Assembly (NCBI RefSeq): GCF_052425735.1
Contig: NC_135761.1
Span: forward strand, 8,618,001-8,682,000
DNA length: 64,000 bases
Reading direction: 5' to 3'
Source of the DNA: Oculina patagonica
Taxonomy: Eukaryota
Part shown: positions 62,729 to 64,000 of the stretch, piece after piece
Numbering within the stretch: the stretch's first letter is position 1
Layout of the letters: the number at the start of each line of letters is the position of its first letter
Made by a program: the position numbers and the translations under genes
The notes under the pieces: generated by a model
What the model was told of the DNA's origin: nothing
Databases searched by the model: none
What the model saw: only the letters and a program-made list of their open reading frames with translations

Positions 62729-62734
62729 TATAAA
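62729..62734 (+). promoter_or_regulatory. Probable TATA box of GILT copy 3
   Basis: TATAAA at the position homologous to 51414. Confidence 0.6.
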
Positions 62735-62784
62735 GCTTGAAAATTCTCAAAAGGTCACACCAGTGATCTCTGTCGCCGCTGAAA

Positions 62785-63417
62785 ATGGGATTTGTCCAGC
62801 TCGGTTCGCTCGCCGTCTTGTTGGTCGCTCTACCTGTGTTTACTGTCGCAGCACCTAAAGTTGGCATGGCACTCTACTATGAGAGCCTATGTGGAGGATG
62901 CAGAGATTTCATCAAGTCCCAGCTCTATCCCACGTTCCAAAAGGTTAGCGAGATCATGAATGTAACGCTGGTACCGTATGGAAATGCACACGAAACACGC
63001 CACGGAGACGAATGGCGCTTCGCATGCCCGCACGGTGCCACAGAATGCGTCGGAAATCTCATTCAAACATGCGCCATCTCGATCCTTCAGGATGTGTCCG
63101 TATACTTACCTTTTATCCACTGCTTTGAGACGTACATTGCCTCGAGCGATCCGCTCCATGAAGCAAAATATTGCGCCGGTCTGCAGGGAATTGATTTTGC
63201 CGCTATTGACAAATGCCAGAAAGGTCCACAAGGACATGCACTCCAGCATCAAATGGCTTTGAAGACCAACGCGCTAGTCCCTAGACATAGTTACGTTCCA
63301 TGGATTACGCTGAATGGTCAGCACACCGAAGATATTCAGAAAAAGGCCACGTTGAACTTGTTAGGATTGGTTTGTGACACTTACCAAGGCACTAAACCTG
63401 CCGGCTGCTTGGTGTGA
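62785..63417 (+). CDS. IFI30: GILT copy 3, intronless, C-terminally shortened duplicate of copy 2
   Basis: CGGC intact; signature variant CPHGATECVGNLIQTC; 5' and 3' flanks align with copy 2. Confidence 0.92.
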   Translation: MGFVQLGSLAVLLVALPVFTVAAPKVGMALYYESLCGGCRDFIKSQLYPTFQKVSEIMNVTLVPYGNAHETRHGDEWRFACPHGATECVGNLIQTCAISILQDVSVYLPFIHCFETYIASSDPLHEAKYCAGLQGIDFAAIDKCQKGPQGHALQHQMALKTNALVPRHSYVPWITLNGQHTEDIQKKATLNLLGLVCDTYQGTKPAGCLV

Positions 63418-64000
63418 AAACGAACGGGTGTATTCTCGCTGCTACAAGCTAAGCCTGAGACGGAAGAATGCGTTACCAAGAACATGATTTCGCGCCAATG
63501 ATCAAGTCAATGATCTTATTTTCCATGTTTTCTTGTTATATCATAGTTGTTATCAAATTATTGTTGTAATATTAAGTCCGTCTTTTTTCGCTTTATTTGT
63601 ATGGCATGTTGTTATATATCAAAGGGTGTTATATGTCGCGATTAAAATTTGGAAAAGTAATGTTACGTAATCTTGGTATTGATTTATTTCTAGGTACACT
63701 ACTGTCGCCTATGGCGCGCAGATTGTTTAATATGCTTCCCTTGGACATTTTCTTCCCTGAAAAAATACCGCCTCTCCGTTATTTTCATAACATTTTCTGC
63801 TTTTAATAAAAAATGTAACTATATCAGGAGCCCACCTATCGCGATGTAATATTTAGCATTTACCGTTATGAAAGTTCGACAGTAAGTTCCTTGATATCGT
63901 TTACTGCTGTTGTGAAATATTCTCTATTTCCTTGATAACGATTAACTACCGTGATGAAAATTCTCTACTTCCTTGATATCAATTGACTACCGTTATGAAA

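Overview
Eukaryotic, intron-rich, AT-rich animal DNA. The gene and repeat content (intronless class-A GPCRs, ShKT domains, 2A-bearing LINE, Penelope hammerheads) suggests a cnidarian, probably a stony coral; this is an inference. Genes: three intronless rhodopsin-class GPCRs, three paralogous multi-exon transmembrane-prolyl-4-hydroxylase (P4HTM)-like genes, and three intronless GILT/IFI30 thiol reductases. One P4HTM-like gene is complete (13 exons, reconstructed by hand); the other two run into a 500-N gap. Mobile DNA: a young PAT-like tyrosine-recombinase retrotransposon (33077-40025), a nested stack of Kolobok-like > MULE-like > 1.5-kb foldback palindrome plus PHD-APE-RT LINE, two Penelope remnants, a SINE and many MITEs. 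Most notable: (1) the retrotransposon appears to express Gag, Pol and recombinase by alternative splicing of one shared 48-codon leader exon onto three in-frame acceptors, and has a 19-nt end-to-end complementarity over the leader start codon; (2) one P4HTM paralog has three ShK-toxin domains on two symmetric phase-1 cassette exons in its EF-hand region, absent from the neighbouring paralog; (3) a minimal hammerhead ribozyme lies in the sense strand of a P4HTM intron; (4) a 2A/StopGo motif heads the LINE ORF. All gene models and splice predictions are from reading the sequence and have no transcript support.
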